A model generated the notes under the pieces. The model ran no database searches. It saw only the letters and a list, made by a program, of their open reading frames with translations, and was not told the DNA's origin. This document shows, in pieces, positions 9,753-21,982 of a DNA stretch of 64,000 bases. How positions within the stretch are numbered: position 1 is the first letter of the stretch; every line of letters begins with the position of its first letter. Made by a program: the position numbers and the translations under genes. Source of the stretch: an uncultured Planctomycetota bacterium (GTDB lineage: Bacteria; Planctomycetota; Planctomycetia; Isosphaerales; Isosphaeraceae); NCBI GenBank assembly GCA_963845755.1, contig CAWJTV010000020.1, positions 352,001 through 416,000 of the forward strand, written 5' to 3'.

Positions 9753-12575
9753 ATGCCTGCGTATCATCCCCAGCGTATCGAGCCCAAGTGGCAGGCCGAG
9801 TGGGAGCGGAGCAAGATGTTCCGCGCGGTGGACCTCGACACGTCTCGTCCCAAACTCTATGTCCTGGATATGTTCCCCTACCCAAGCGGGGCTGGGCTGC
9901 ACGTCGGACACCCGGAGGGGTACACCGCGACCGACATCGTCTGCCGTTACAAGCGGATGCGGGGATACAACGTCCTCCATCCGATGGGTTGGGACGCCTT
10001 CGGCCTTCCCGCCGAACAATACGCCGTCGAGAAGAACATCCACCCGAGGGTTACGACTCAAGAGAACATCAATAACTTCCGGCGGCAGATCAAGTCGCTC
10101 GGGTTCTCTTACGATTGGGACCGCGAAGTCGATACCACCGATCCGCACTACTACAAGTGGACCCAGTGGATCTTCCTGCTGCTCCATGACACCTGGTATG
10201 ACCTGGTTTCCACCTGGACGGACGTCAAAGGCCGCCCACGCCAGGGCAGGGGCCGTCCGATCGCCGAGTTGCCCATCCCGGAGGGGACGACCGATCCCGA
10301 TGCCTATCGGGATGCGCGACGGCTGGCCTATCGGGCCGAGGTGCCCGTCAACTGGTGCCCGGAGCTGGGAACGGTGCTGGCCAACGAAGAAGTCATTGAT
10401 GGGAAAAGCGAGCGCGGCGGGCATCCGGTCGTGCGCATGCCCTTGACGCAATGGATGCTGCGCATCACGACCTACGCCGATCGACTCGTCGAGGATCTGG
10501 ATGACCTGGATTGGCCTCGCGCGATCAAGGAGATGCAGCGCAACTGGGTCGGCCGGAGTGAGGGGGCCGAGGTCGATTTCTTGATCGACGACCGGACTAC
10601 GCGCGACATAATGGCGGACGGACTGCGCCCGTGGTCCAATCCGCCAAACGCCGATGTGATCCGCGTCTACACAACCCGTCCCGATACGTTGTTCGGCGCC
10701 ACCTACATGGTCCTCTCGCCCGAGCACCCGCTCGTCGATCGGCTGACGACGTCGCCGCAAAGGGATGCCGTCGCCACCTATCGGACGCAGGCCGCCCGCA
10801 AGAGCGACCTGGACCGAACGGACCTCGCCAAGACCAAGACGGGCGTGTTCACGGGCGGTTATGCGATCAATCCGGTCAACGGCGAGTTGATCCCGGTTTG
10901 GATCGCCGACTACGTCTTGATGGGTTATGGCACCGGCGCCATCATGGCCGTGCCCGGTCACGACGAGCGGGACTTCGAATTTGCCGAAGCGTTCAACCTG
11001 CCGATCGTCCGCGTGGTGGCGACGACCCTGGACCGGGCACACGACCCGCTCGCCCAGGCCGAGCCCGAGCCGGGCGTCTCCGTCAATTCCCGGAACGATT
11101 CGATCGCCCTCGACGGCCTGCCCACCGCCGAGGCGAAGACCGCCATCACCGGCTGGCTCGAGGAACGCGGACTCGGCAAGAAGACGGTGAATTACAAGCT
11201 TCGCGACTGGTTATTCTCGCGCGAGCGCTACTGGGGCGAGCCGTTCCCGGTTGTGCTGGATGAGAACGATCGAACTCATGCGTTACCCGTCTCGGAGCTG
11301 CCCGTCCGCCTCCCCGACCTCGAGGACTTCAAGCCGACCGGCAAGCCCGAGCCTCCGTTGAGTAAGGCCAAGGAGTGGGTCCGTTACTCGGACAAGGCGC
11401 GGCGCGAGACCAACACGATGCCCCAGTGGGCCGGCTCGTGCTGGTACTTCCTCCGTTATATCGACCCGAAGAACTCCCAGGTCGCCTGGGACCCGGAGAA
11501 GGAACGCTACTGGATGCCCGTGGACCTCTACGTCGGCGGCGCCGAACATGCCGTGCTCCATCTGCTCTACAGCCGCTTCTGGCACAAGGTCCTCTTCGAC
11601 CGCGGCTATGTGAGCACCGAGGAGCCGTTCCAGAAGCTGGTCAACCAGGGGATGATCCTCGGTGAGGTGGAATACCAGGGCTTCCAGGACGAGTCAGGTC
11701 GCTGGATCTCGAGTGCTCTGGTCGAATCCGACGATCACGGTTACGCGATCAAAGGGACCGGCGACCGTCGTTCAGCCGCACCGATCCGATTGAGTGAGGA
11801 TCAAGTCACCAAGAAGGGCGAAGGCTTCGTGTTCGCCCAGAATCCCGAGATCCGAGTCGACGCCCGGTCTCACAAGATGTCGAAGAGCCGCGGCAACGTG
11901 CTCAGCCCTGACAAGATCGTCAAGGAATACGGAGCCGATAGTTTGAGACTCTACGAGATGTTCATGGGCCCGCTGGAAGCGGTCAAGCCCTGGAGCATGA
12001 AGGGCGTGGAGGGTGTCTATCGCTTCCTCGCCCGTGCCTGGCGGATGGTCGTGGATGCCGAGGCCGACGTGATCCACCTCGACGCCAAAGTCCAGGACAT
12101 CCCGTTGACCCTGGAGCAATCCAAAGTCGTCGCGCGAACGGTCGCGGCGGTCACCGACGACATCGAGGCGCTCCGGTTCAATACGGCGATCAGCCGCTTG
12201 ATGGAATTCACCAACTTCTTCACGGCGCAAGAGGTGCGGCCCAAGTCGGCACTTGAGACGTTTACGCTGTTGCTGGCGCCGATGGCGCCTCACCTGGCCG
12301 AGGAGCTCTGGCAGATCCTCGGCCACGAGCAGACCCTGGCTTACGAGCCCTGGCCCGGCTACGAGTCGGCGCTGCTCAAGGATGAAGAGATCGAGATCCC
12401 GGTACAGGTCAACGGCAAGCTCCGCGGTCGGGTCGTCGTCCCCGCCGATGCGGACGGTGCGCAGATCGAATCGGCCGCCCGTGAGGACTCCAAGATCGCG
12501 GCCATGCTGGAGGGCAAGACGATCCGCAAGGCCGTGGTGGTGCCTGGCAAGCTGGTCAATTTCGTCGTGGGGTGA
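9753..12575 (+). CDS. leuS: Leucine--tRNA ligase
   Basis: [14 protein letters not shown] (HIGH), [14 protein letters not shown] and [15 protein letters not shown] editing-domain motifs, 940 aa. Confidence 0.98.
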   Translation: MPAYHPQRIEPKWQAEWERSKMFRAVDLDTSRPKLYVLDMFPYPSGAGLHVGHPEGYTATDIVCRYKRMRGYNVLHPMGWDAFGLPAEQYAVEKNIHPRVTTQENINNFRRQIKSLGFSYDWDREVDTTDPHYYKWTQWIFLLLHDTWYDLVSTWTDVKGRPRQGRGRPIAELPIPEGTTDPDAYRDARRLAYRAEVPVNWCPELGTVLANEEVIDGKSERGGHPVVRMPLTQWMLRITTYADRLVEDLDDLDWPRAIKEMQRNWVGRSEGAEVDFLIDDRTTRDIMADGLRPWSNPPNADVIRVYTTRPDTLFGATYMVLSPEHPLVDRLTTSPQRDAVATYRTQAARKSDLDRTDLAKTKTGVFTGGYAINPVNGELIPVWIADYVLMGYGTGAIMAVPGHDERDFEFAEAFNLPIVRVVATTLDRAHDPLAQAEPEPGVSVNSRNDSIALDGLPTAEAKTAITGWLEERGLGKKTVNYKLRDWLFSRERYWGEPFPVVLDENDRTHALPVSELPVRLPDLEDFKPTGKPEPPLSKAKEWVRYSDKARRETNTMPQWAGSCWYFLRYIDPKNSQVAWDPEKERYWMPVDLYVGGAEHAVLHLLYSRFWHKVLFDRGYVSTEEPFQKLVNQGMILGEVEYQGFQDESGRWISSALVESDDHGYAIKGTGDRRSAAPIRLSEDQVTKKGEGFVFAQNPEIRVDARSHKMSKSRGNVLSPDKIVKEYGADSLRLYEMFMGPLEAVKPWSMKGVEGVYRFLARAWRMVVDAEADVIHLDAKVQDIPLTLEQSKVVARTVAAVTDDIEALRFNTAISRLMEFTNFFTAQEVRPKSALETFTLLLAPMAPHLAEELWQILGHEQTLAYEPWPGYESALLKDEEIEIPVQVNGKLRGRVVVPADADGAQIESAAREDSKIAAMLEGKTIRKAVVVPGKLVNFVVG

Positions 12576-12944
12576 TACGGTCCACAGAGGTGCCTCCAGC
12601 TACCGGCGGCGCGCCGCAGGATGCTGCGCGGACGGGCCGCTTTCCCGCCCGAGTGTGGCGGGTCGCACAGGTACGGATTCGCAGTCGTGAATGGCAGTCG
12701 ATGGCACTTTTTCGAGACCGCGCAATCGCCGATCCCTGGAACCACCAGCCACTTCGGGCGATTCTGGAAACGAGTCGGCCCGCTCCGCGCGCCTGCCACG
12801 TGGTCCAGGGACTCCCGGGAGACGTGGGATTCGCCGACTCGTGCCAAAAAAAGCCTAGATAATGAATCGCTTCACGAGCATTCAGCGAGGAATCCATCGA
12901 CTCATGGAGGCTCCTCAGTGCATGCACTTACGGGCCGGGATCCT

Positions 12945-13018
12945 CGTAGAGACTCACTTTCCGCCGTAGAGACTCACCACTCAGAGTGAGTATCTACGGA
13001 TCGCGGTGAGTATCTACG
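12945..13018. repeat. Symmetric four-box element: two direct 13-bp boxes followed by two inverted boxes, 20-bp period
   Basis: CGTAGAGACTCAC at 12945 and 12965; GTGAGTATCTACG at 12986 and 13006 (reverse complement CGTAGATACTCAC, 1 mismatch). Confidence 0.85.
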
Positions 13019-13396
13019 GCGAGTACTGTTATGATGCATGCGCTCGGGTGGACTGGCTATCGTTGTCTGGTCGGGTGGATCTGGTCGCGATGATTAACGC
13101 CATTTTAGGCCATTTGGTGAAGCGGGGTGAGACGGGCTTGAAGGGGTGAGGTCCATTCGAGACGACCACGAACCATCGTTGATCCTTGATGCGTTCGGGG
13201 AAGGATGTCGCTGTTGGGCTGAGCCCTGAGAGGGGATGCCCGCCTCCGAGCCGGGCTCTACAATCCGGATGGGGGTGCACCAGGCGCGATGCATCGGGAT
13301 CGATCCCTCTCGGGAGTCACGTTTGCGGCAAACCCGGCGCCGGGTAGAATCATGATATCGACCCGATTTCGAGCAACTCGAGCCGCCGAGGGAATC

Positions 13397-15330
13397 ATGA
13401 GGTTATCTTTGCTCCTCGGTGTGGCCCTCACTCTCTTTGCCGGGACGCGCGGGCAGGCCGGTGATGAGCCGGTCATGGGTGGCAAGACGGCCGCCCAATG
13501 GATCGCGATCTTTCAGGACAAGAACCGTTCCTGGGTCGAGCGACGGCAAGCCGTAGAGGCGATCGGCTACCTCGGCCTGGCGGCCAGGAGTGCCGTCCCC
13601 TGCCTGATCCAGGCCATCGATCCTACGAAGACCGGCGACGCGAAGCTCGATAGGACCAACGACTCGCTACGCCATGATGCCATTGAGGCTCTGGGCCGGA
13701 TCGGCCCTGTGGCTGCTGAGGCCATACCGAAGCTCTTTCCCAAGACGGGAGATGGGAGATTGCTCGCCATCCGGACTTGGGAGTGGTTCGATTCGGGTAT
13801 GTCCAGGGCGTTGGGTCGGATTGGTCGGCCGGCTGTACGGGCCTTGATCAATGCGTTGCAAGGCGAAAACCCCGAATTGAGAATCTTCGCCCTCTGGACC
13901 TTGGGAGAGATAGGGGATGAGGCGGAGGCGGCGGTGCCGGCCCTGATCGCCGCGCTCGATGACCCATCCATCGGGCCCTCCGCGATGGGGGCCTTGGTCC
14001 GGATCGGTCCGGCGGCCGCACCGGCGATCCCTGCTCTCGAAGCCAAGTTCAAGCGAGGGGAATTGGGATCCGACGATTTCACCGGCGCTCTTCAAAGAAT
14101 CGGCAGGGCTGGGGTGCCCCTCCTTGTCCAGAGCTTTCAGGAAGAAGCGAGAAGTTACGTCCGACCCGATGACGACAGCGGTCCGGGTGTGGAAGCGTTT
14201 CTGCAACTCGGCACGGAGGCTCGCGAGGCCGCTCCCGCGCTGCTTCCCTACCTGACAGACAAGCATCCGATGATTCGAGCAGCAGCCGCGGTCGCACTGG
14301 GAGCCGTCGCACCGGACACTCCCGGAGTCGTCCCGGCGTTGATCGAGATCCTGAAGTACCCGTCACCCGATCCCAAGAACGCCATTGGAGGCACGCCCGA
14401 GCAACTTACCAAGAAGGAGTTTGGACTGGAGGCCGCGCTCGCCCTCGGCTGGATCGGACCCACCGCGAGCAGCGCCCTGCCGGCCTTGCTCGAAAACCTG
14501 AAAGAGCAGGAAGCAGATGAGGCGTCATTCTGGAACCGGGATTGGAAACCGATTCCGGGCCTGATCGGAATCATGATCCGGATCGATCCCGGGAGTAAGC
14601 TGGTTATTCCTCCACTTCTACGAGCCATCCGGCAGGGCGATGGGACTGCGATGCTGGAAGCGACGATGCTCGAGCCGATCCCGAAGATCGTGCTCAAAGC
14701 TCTCAACGAGGCTGCGGATGCCGAGGATGCGGATGTTGGGAACATCTCTATCTCTATGTCTCTGGTTGCCCATCGAATCGGGTCGGCTGCTGCGCCGCGG
14801 TCCCAGCCCTGATTGACTCATTGGATGACGAGGAGTTTGGAGGTTCTGCGGCTGAGGCTCTCGGCGCAATCGGCTCAGCCGCCAAGGAAGCAATCCCTGC
14901 GCTGGAACGCAAGCTGAAAGCCAAGGAACGCCCATGGATTCGGGCACTGATAGCGCTTCTGCAGATCGACCCGACGAACCGGGCGGCTAATGAGTTCCTC
15001 GCGAAGGAGGCCGACACCCTGCCCTGGCAGTCTCGCGCGATCCTGGCCGGTACGCGCGGCAAGTGGAGTCCGGAGGGGGACGCCCTGACTCGCGAAATGC
15101 TGTTCAAAATGAGTAGGCGAAATCTCTATAGCTCATATGACTATTACAGCCCAGGGTTATGTGACCCATATTGTGGTATCTCTTGGGTAGCCCAATATGG
15201 CCCCGGTGCCAAGGCGGCGGTTCCGGTGCTAAAGAAGCTGCTCACATACCGCGACCGATTCGTCCGCCGCTGGGCCGCCGATGCTCTCCGTCGAATCCAA
15301 GGGGCGGCAAGTGCCCCGGCCCCTTATTGA
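13397..15330 (+). CDS. Secreted HEAT/PBS-lyase repeat protein; frameshift near 14790 joins ORFs 13289-14812 and 14821-15330
   Basis: Signal peptide MRLSLLLGVALTLFA; many ALG.IGP.A..A.PAL repeats continuing across the break. Confidence 0.8.
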
Positions 15331-15413
15331 GAAAGTCACTCAACCCGACCATTGAGGCCGGAACCTTTGTCATGATCTCTTTACCAAGACATTCTTCGTT
15401 TCTCCGATCTTCA

Positions 15414-15441
15414 CTGCCTACCGCCTACTGCCTACTGCCTA
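15414..15441. repeat. Heptamer tandem repeat (CTGCCTA)x4, one copy CCGCCTA
   Basis: ctgccta ccgccta ctgccta ctgccta. Confidence 0.8.
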
Positions 15442-15466
15442 CCCGGAAGGCCGGAGGCCGAAAGAG

Positions 15467-18347
15467 ATGACTCGGTCACGCTATCTCGTCGGGATCGACC
15501 TGGGGACGACCAACTGCGCGGTCGCGTATGTCGACACGCACGGCCGGGAGCGGCCGTCGGCCGATATCCGCGACTTTCCCGTGCCGCAGCTCGTCGCCCC
15601 GGGCGAGACCGCGCCCGCGCAATGCTCCCGTCGTTCCTCTATTTGCCCGGCGAACATGAGCTGCCTCCGGGAGCATCCAGGCTGCCCTGGAATGAAGGCT
15701 CGGACCAGATCGTCGGCGAGTTTGCCCGATTTCAGGGTGCGAAGGTGCCCAGCCGGCTGGTCAGCAGCGCCAAGAGCTGGCTCTGTCATGCCGGGATCGA
15801 CCGCGAGGCGGACATCTTGCCGTGGGGAAGTCCGCCGGAGATCAAGAAGGTCTCGCCGGTCGAGGCATCGGCCGCCTACCTCCGGCATATCCGCGACGCG
15901 TGGAATGATGCGTTCGCGAAGAAGGACGAATCGCATCGACTCGAGCAACAAGAGGTCGTGCTCACCGTGCCCGCGTCTTTCGACGAGGCGGCTCGGGAGT
16001 TGACGCTCGAGGCTGCCAAGCGGGCTCAATTGACATCGATCACCCTGCTGGAGGAGCCTCAGGCGGCGTTCTACTGCTGGATCGTCACGCACAAGGACCG
16101 ATGGCAGCGCGAAGTCCGGGCCGGCGAGCTAATCCTCGTCTGCGACATCGGCGGCGGGACGACCGACTTCAGCTTGATCACCGTCATCGAGACACCCACT
16201 GGGCCGGGATTCCGCCGGGTCGCCGTTGGTGACCACTTGATGCTCGGCGGCGACAACATCGACCTGGCCCTGGCGCATCATGTTGAGAAGAAGCTCGGCG
16301 GAGCCCGGCTGGATACCGAGCAGTGGAGTGCCCTCCGGTTCGCCTGTCGGACGGCCAAGGAGAAGCTCCTCGGCGAGCAGCAGCCGGCGCTCGAGCGCTG
16401 GCCGGTCACCATCGCCGGGCGAGGCTCGCGGATCATCGGTGGCAGTATCCAGTCGGAACTGACGCACACCGAGGTCACGGCGATCGCGCTGGACGGCTTC
16501 TTCCCGAGGGTCTCTCGCGGTGAAGACCCCCATCGCACCGCGAAACTCGGCCTTCAGGAGTTCGGATTGCCGTTCGTGGCCGATCCGGCCGTGCCCAAGC
16601 ATCTCGGCTACTTCCTCCGCCGTCATCGGGCCGAGGCCATCGAGCCCGAAGGGCACCATCCCGAAGACCGGCCCGCCCGACCCGACGCGATCCTCTTCAA
16701 TGGCGGCGCCCTCACCCCGAATGTCGTCCGCGGGCGAATCGTCAACGTGATCTCGTCCTGGTTCGAGGACGATCCCGAGGCGAACTACACGCCCCGAGTG
16801 CTGACGAATCCCTCGCTCGATCTGGCGGTCGCGCAGGGGGCCGCGTATTACGGAGTGGTCCGCCGGGGCGGCGGGATCCGGATCGGCGGCGGGACCGCGC
16901 GATCGTTCTACGTCGGGTTCGAGACGTCGGCGACGGATCTTCCCTGGCTCTGCGTCGTTCCCCGTGCTGCCCAGGAAGGAGAAGAGATCGCGATCACGGG
17001 CCATGACTTCGACCTCTTGATGGGCCAGCCCGTCGTCTTCCCCCTGGCCAGCAGCTCGGTCCGCCCGGACGACAAGCCGGGCGACCTGCTCCGTGCCGAT
17101 CCGGATTCGATTCGCGTGCTCCCTCCGCTCCAGAGCCTGATGCGCGTGGGCCGGAAGGCGAAGGCCGAGCGCGCTCCTGTCAGCCTCGCGGCGCGTGTCA
17201 CCGAGGTGGGGACAGTCGAGCTCTGGTGCCAGTCGCGGACCGACGACCGCCGCTGGCGGCTCCAGATCCAGCTCCGTGGCCCGGCCGGACAGCCCGCTCC
17301 GCGTGGACCCGTCACCGGTGGCGATTCCGATCGGGTGGTGATCGAGCAATCCGTAATCGATGCCGCCATCGTGGCGGTCCGTACGGCCTTCGAGGGCGGT
17401 GCGACATCGTCGGGTGACCCAAACGGCCCCGCGCCAGTTTGGTCAAGCGCCTCGAAGACGTGCTCGAGGCACCTCGCGACCAGTGGCCGCCGTCGGCGCT
17501 CCGCGCCCTGTGGGATCCCCTTCGCGACCTGGCCGATCATCGGCTCAAGAGTCCGCAGCACGAATCCCGATGGTTCAACCTCGCCGGGTTCGTCCTCCGG
17601 CCTGGTCGGGGATTCCCGCTCGATGAAGTCAGGATCAAGGCCCTCTGGCCGTATTTTCATCAGGGTGTCCGCTATACCAAGGAGGTCCAGTGCTGGGCCG
17701 AGTGGTGGATCCTCTGGAGGCGGGTGGCTTCCGGGCTCTCGCGGCCCCATCACGAGGAGATCTATCGACGACTGGCTCCATTCCTCGTTCCCGTCAAGGG
17801 TTCGAGTCCGTCGAAGAAAGCCGGTCGGTCCAAGCCCGAACCTCACGAGGTGGCCGAGATGTGGCGATGCGCCGCCAGTCTGGAGCGATTGACTCCCGAA
17901 GCCAAGGAATCCCTGGGAAATGGCCTGCTCAAAGAGACCAGGCAGGCCTCACTGCCGGGTTATGTCCTATGGTCGATGGGCCGGCTCGGTGCCCGCGTGC
18001 CCCTCTATGGACCGGCGAATACCGTCATCCGCAAGGAGACGAGCGAGCACTGGATCACGGTCCTTCTCGGTCGCGCTTTCAGCCCAGGTCGAGAGACCGG
18101 CGATGCGATCTTCGCCCTCTGCCAACTGGCCCGAGTGGCCAACGATCGGGCTCGTGATATCGACGAGACGTTGCGATCCAAGGTTTTGGATCGCCTGAGC
18201 GTGCTTGGGGCCGACGAGACGGCCTTGCGTCCCGTGCGGGAGTATCACGAGCTGGAATCGGAGCAGCAGGGCCAGGCACTTGGGGACGCGCTGCCGATCG
18301 GCCTGCGATTACTCAGCGATGCCGGCGCAGGAACAACTTCTGCTTGA
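15467..18347 (+). CDS. Hsp70-family ATPase with long C-terminal extension (DUF3731-type); frameshifts near 15620 and 17440
   Basis: VGIDLGTTNC, LTVPASFD, LLEEPQAA, CDIGGGTTD, GGDNID; C-terminal WFNLAGFVLRPGRG, WWILWRRVASGL, GRLGARVPLYG. Confidence 0.85.
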
Positions 18348-18401
18348 TCGCCCTCGTTGGACTCCTGTCGTGTCTCTCGAATGCTCGCGAACGCGTCCCG
18401 G

Positions 18402-20484
18402 TCACTTCATGTCGGTGCTCAGCCGGATGGCGGAGTCGGCTCCCGGATTCCCGAAAGTGATCGGGACATTCCAGCGGTAGTTGACGATCTTGCAGAGGTT
18501 CGAGGTTTCGCTGCAAACAAAGGTCTGCAAGGAGACTCGCAATTCCAAGGAATCCCCAGCGGCAGCGTCCTTGGCGAGGGGCACGGTGATCGGGAATTCG
18601 GTCGTGGGCGGCTGGATCGTCCCTCCCTCGGCCGGGACCTCCGGCGCAAGGATACCGGTCTTGCCCGGCGTCTCGACGAGGTAGGCCATTGCCACCTCCT
18701 CGTTGAGCTTATCGCCCTTCGGCAGCGGAATCGCGACGGCGAGCTTGATCGTTTTCCCCGCGGGTACCTCGACCGACGGAACCGACATTACCTTGGCCCG
18801 CGCGAAACTCGGCGCGTGGCGAGCCGGGCGAGGCGGCGATAATCCGGCGAGGGTCAGCGTCTTGACCGTGTTGGTCTTCAAGTCAACGACGCGGACCTTA
18901 TTGTTGTTGGTGTCGGCGACATAGAGGTTCGATCCGGCGACACTCAGTCCGCCCGGCTCGAAGAACCGCGGCGGATCGTCGCTCTGGCCCGGCTCGTGCG
19001 CACCGACGAGTGCCTTGACCTCTTGCGTCCGCGGGTTGCAGACCTTGACTCGATTGTTATACGTATCCGCGACGTAAAGGTGGCCGTCGCCGAACGCCAG
19101 CCCGAGGCAATGCTGGAGCCGGACGTGGGAGCCCTGACCGTCGCGATCATCGTAATCGAAGAGACCGGTACCCACCACGGTTCGCACCACAGGGTTCTTC
19201 TTGAGGATCCCCGTGATGGCGCGAATGCCCGAGACCTCCGAGTCGGCCACGTAGAGGGTTTCCCCATCGGTCGCCAGCCCGCTGGGCTGGGCGAACCGGG
19301 CGGACTCGGGGCGGCCGTCCAGGATGTTCTCGATTCCCGACCCCGCGAACACGCCGATCGTGTCCGTCTCGAGGTTGAGTTTCCAGATCTGGTGAGGGCC
19401 GGCCATCGCGATGTAGAGCGCCTTCTCGCCCGGCAGCCGGATGACGTCCCATGGGCTGCTCAACGCAGTCTGCTTTCCCGGGCGGGAGAAATGAATATCA
19501 TGGATCCGAGGTGACTGCGTGCCGATCCCCGCGATCGTGGAGACCGTTCTTGCCTTCAGATCGACGGCCCGGATGGCGTGGTTTTCGGTGTCGGCGATGT
19601 AGAGGATTCCGCCGTCGAGGAAAATGCCCTGGGGCCGGTTGAATCGGGCCTTCTCGTAAGGACCGTCCTTGAAGCCCTCTTCGCCATCACCGATCACCAA
19701 CGGATTGGCGCACTTCCAGGTCCGTCTGGATGATCCGGTTATGGCCGGTATCGGAGATGAATAGGCGATTGCCGGAAGGATCCGCGTGGACCTTGCCGGG
19801 GAACAGCAGCGGGTCGTTCGAGGCCCGCTCCATCTCCGGGCTGAACTTCAGCGGTGTCAGGTTCAGCTCCCCCTTGGCCTTATGTTTCTCGACGAGCTGG
19901 CCGATGGCCTTGTCGAAGACATCGAAGTGCCCCTCGCCGCTCATCATGCCCACGAATCGGCCGGTCGCGTCGATCAAGGCCAGCGTCGGCCAGCCCTGCA
20001 CGCCGAACCGCTGCCAGATCACCTGGTTGGCATCGTTGACCACGGGATGCTTGATGCGGTACTCGCGGACCTTCCGGCGGATATTCTCGGTGTCGCGCTC
20101 AGCCTCGAACTTGGCGGTATGGACCCCGATGACGACGAGCTCGTTCGGGTACTTCTCCTCGAGCTTGGCCAGATCAGGCAGGACATGATGGCAATTAATG
20201 CAGCAGAACGTCCAGAAATCGAGGAGCACGATCTTCCCGCGCAGCTCGGAGAGGTCGATGGGGCCGCTATTGATCCAGCCCGTGCCGCCGCTGAGACTCG
20301 GCCCCTCTCCCTGCTCGTATGATGCAAGTTTCACCTGCGGCCCGGCTCCGAAATCCTGTTGGGTGAGGAGGGCCCGATCGACGCCCGGCCCGTAGACGCC
20401 CACCAGGTAGTAGATGAGTGCGAAAACAGCGGCGGCGCTCACGCCCGCCAATGACCATCGCGTCCAGGAGCGAGTGGAATTCAT
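18402..20484 (-). CDS. Thioredoxin-like + NHL beta-propeller protein (NHLRC2/SOQ1-like architecture); frameshift near 19700
   Basis: DFWTFCCINC redoxin motif; repeated LYIADTENH/LYVADSE/LYVADTYN NHL repeats; N-terminal hydrophobic anchor. Confidence 0.85.
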
Positions 20485-20822
20485 GCCAGCGACCTTTCGT
20501 GGTGGCGGATCTCTGCCATTCGACCGCACGGCGATGCCGTGAATCCCCATCGCAACATTGTAAACAACCCACGTCCGTTCGACAGTACCTTTCGAGATTC
20601 GAGCCAATACGGTCTCGCAGAATCGGATCGGGCGCGCGCATTCCTCGAAACATCGGATCGCCGAACCTAGCCTCGCCGTCGGCAGGTTGTTAAGATCGTA
20701 GATGACGCCAATTGACACGAGAGGCCGCATCCGCGGCGCGACGAAACGATGCGTGAGTGATATTCGCTCAGGTTCGGGGCGATCCAACCAACATCGGATT
20801 CAGCGGAGCGACCACCGTGGGC

Positions 20823-21869
20823 ATGGATAAATCCCTGATCTGCAACGATGACTCGTCGAAGAAGACCGACCCGTACGGCGAGCTGAAAGTGTTCGCGGGC
20901 AGTTCCGGCCAGCATCTCGGCCAGGCCATATGCAACCGCCTGGGGATGAGCCTCGCCCGGTCGGAGACGAAGGTGTTCAGCGAAGGCAACGTCTTCGTCC
21001 GCGTGCTGGAGAACGTGCGCGGCCGCGACGTGTTCATCGTTCAAGGCATCGATTATCCGGTCAACGATAACTTCGTCGAGCTCCTGTTCTGGATCGATGC
21101 GTTCAAGCGGGCCAGCGCCACCCAGGTCACCGTGGTCATCCCGTATTTCTCCTATGCCAAGGGAGACAAGAAAGACGAGCCGCGGGTCTCGATCCGGGCC
21201 CGAGTGTGCGCGGATTGCATCGAGGCGGCCGGGGCCGATCGCGTCCTGACCATGGATTTGCACAGTCCCCAGATCCAGGGATTCTTCAAGATCCCCGTCG
21301 ACCACCTCTACGCGATGCCAGTGCTCGTCGAATACTTCCGAGCCAAGCGGATTCCCGACCTGGTCGTGGCGGCGCCCGACGTGGGGTTCGGCAAGCAGGC
21401 GCACAAGTTCGGTGAGATGATGAATGCGCCGGTGGTCTTCGGGAACAAGACGCGGCGGGGCCATGACGAGAAGGCGGAGATGCTCGACATCGTCGGGCAG
21501 GTTCATGGGAAGAACGTCCTGATCGTGGACGATTTCACCATCTCCGGCGGGACGCTCTGTGAGATGGCCGTGGCCTGCAAGCAGCTCGGCGCCAAGGACG
21601 TCTATGCCTGCGTCTCTCACGGCGTGTTCTCCAAGGGATCCGCGGCGAAGATCGCTCGTAGTCCGATCAAGGAGCTCGTACTCACCGACACGATCGAGCA
21701 TCGCTTCGAGCCGCTTGCGCCCTGTTGCAAGGTCGTGAGCATCGCCAGCCCCTTCGCCGACGCGATCATTTCCATCCATCGCCGCGAGAGCGTCAGCCGC
21801 CTCTTCCACTACTGGGAGAGCGAGCCGGCTCCATCCCCATTGCCCCAGCGCTTCCCCGGCGAGGATTAG
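20823..21869 (+). CDS. prs: Ribose-phosphate pyrophosphokinase
   Basis: ENVRGRDVF, PYFSYAKGDKK, DLHSPQIQGFF, APDVG, IVDDFTISGGTL. Confidence 0.93.
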   Translation: MDKSLICNDDSSKKTDPYGELKVFAGSSGQHLGQAICNRLGMSLARSETKVFSEGNVFVRVLENVRGRDVFIVQGIDYPVNDNFVELLFWIDAFKRASATQVTVVIPYFSYAKGDKKDEPRVSIRARVCADCIEAAGADRVLTMDLHSPQIQGFFKIPVDHLYAMPVLVEYFRAKRIPDLVVAAPDVGFGKQAHKFGEMMNAPVVFGNKTRRGHDEKAEMLDIVGQVHGKNVLIVDDFTISGGTLCEMAVACKQLGAKDVYACVSHGVFSKGSAAKIARSPIKELVLTDTIEHRFEPLAPCCKVVSIASPFADAIISIHRRESVSRLFHYWESEPAPSPLPQRFPGED

Positions 21870-21982
21870 GGCGTTTGCACGCCGATCGGTCTCGTTGACT
21901 TCCTCTCCGCTCGTGCCTAGCATGATGATTGACTTTCGTGTTACGCCGTGCGCGGATCGATTCCACCCGGAGAGGCAGGCAC

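Noticed and set aside
9543..11042. Long antisense ORFs (also 4570-6231, 21941-23791, 44119-45864 and similar)
   Set aside because: Shadow ORFs opposite well-supported genes, expected at high GC
12945..13018. CRISPR mini-array
   Set aside because: 13-bp units with 7-8-bp gaps, half inverted; no cas genes
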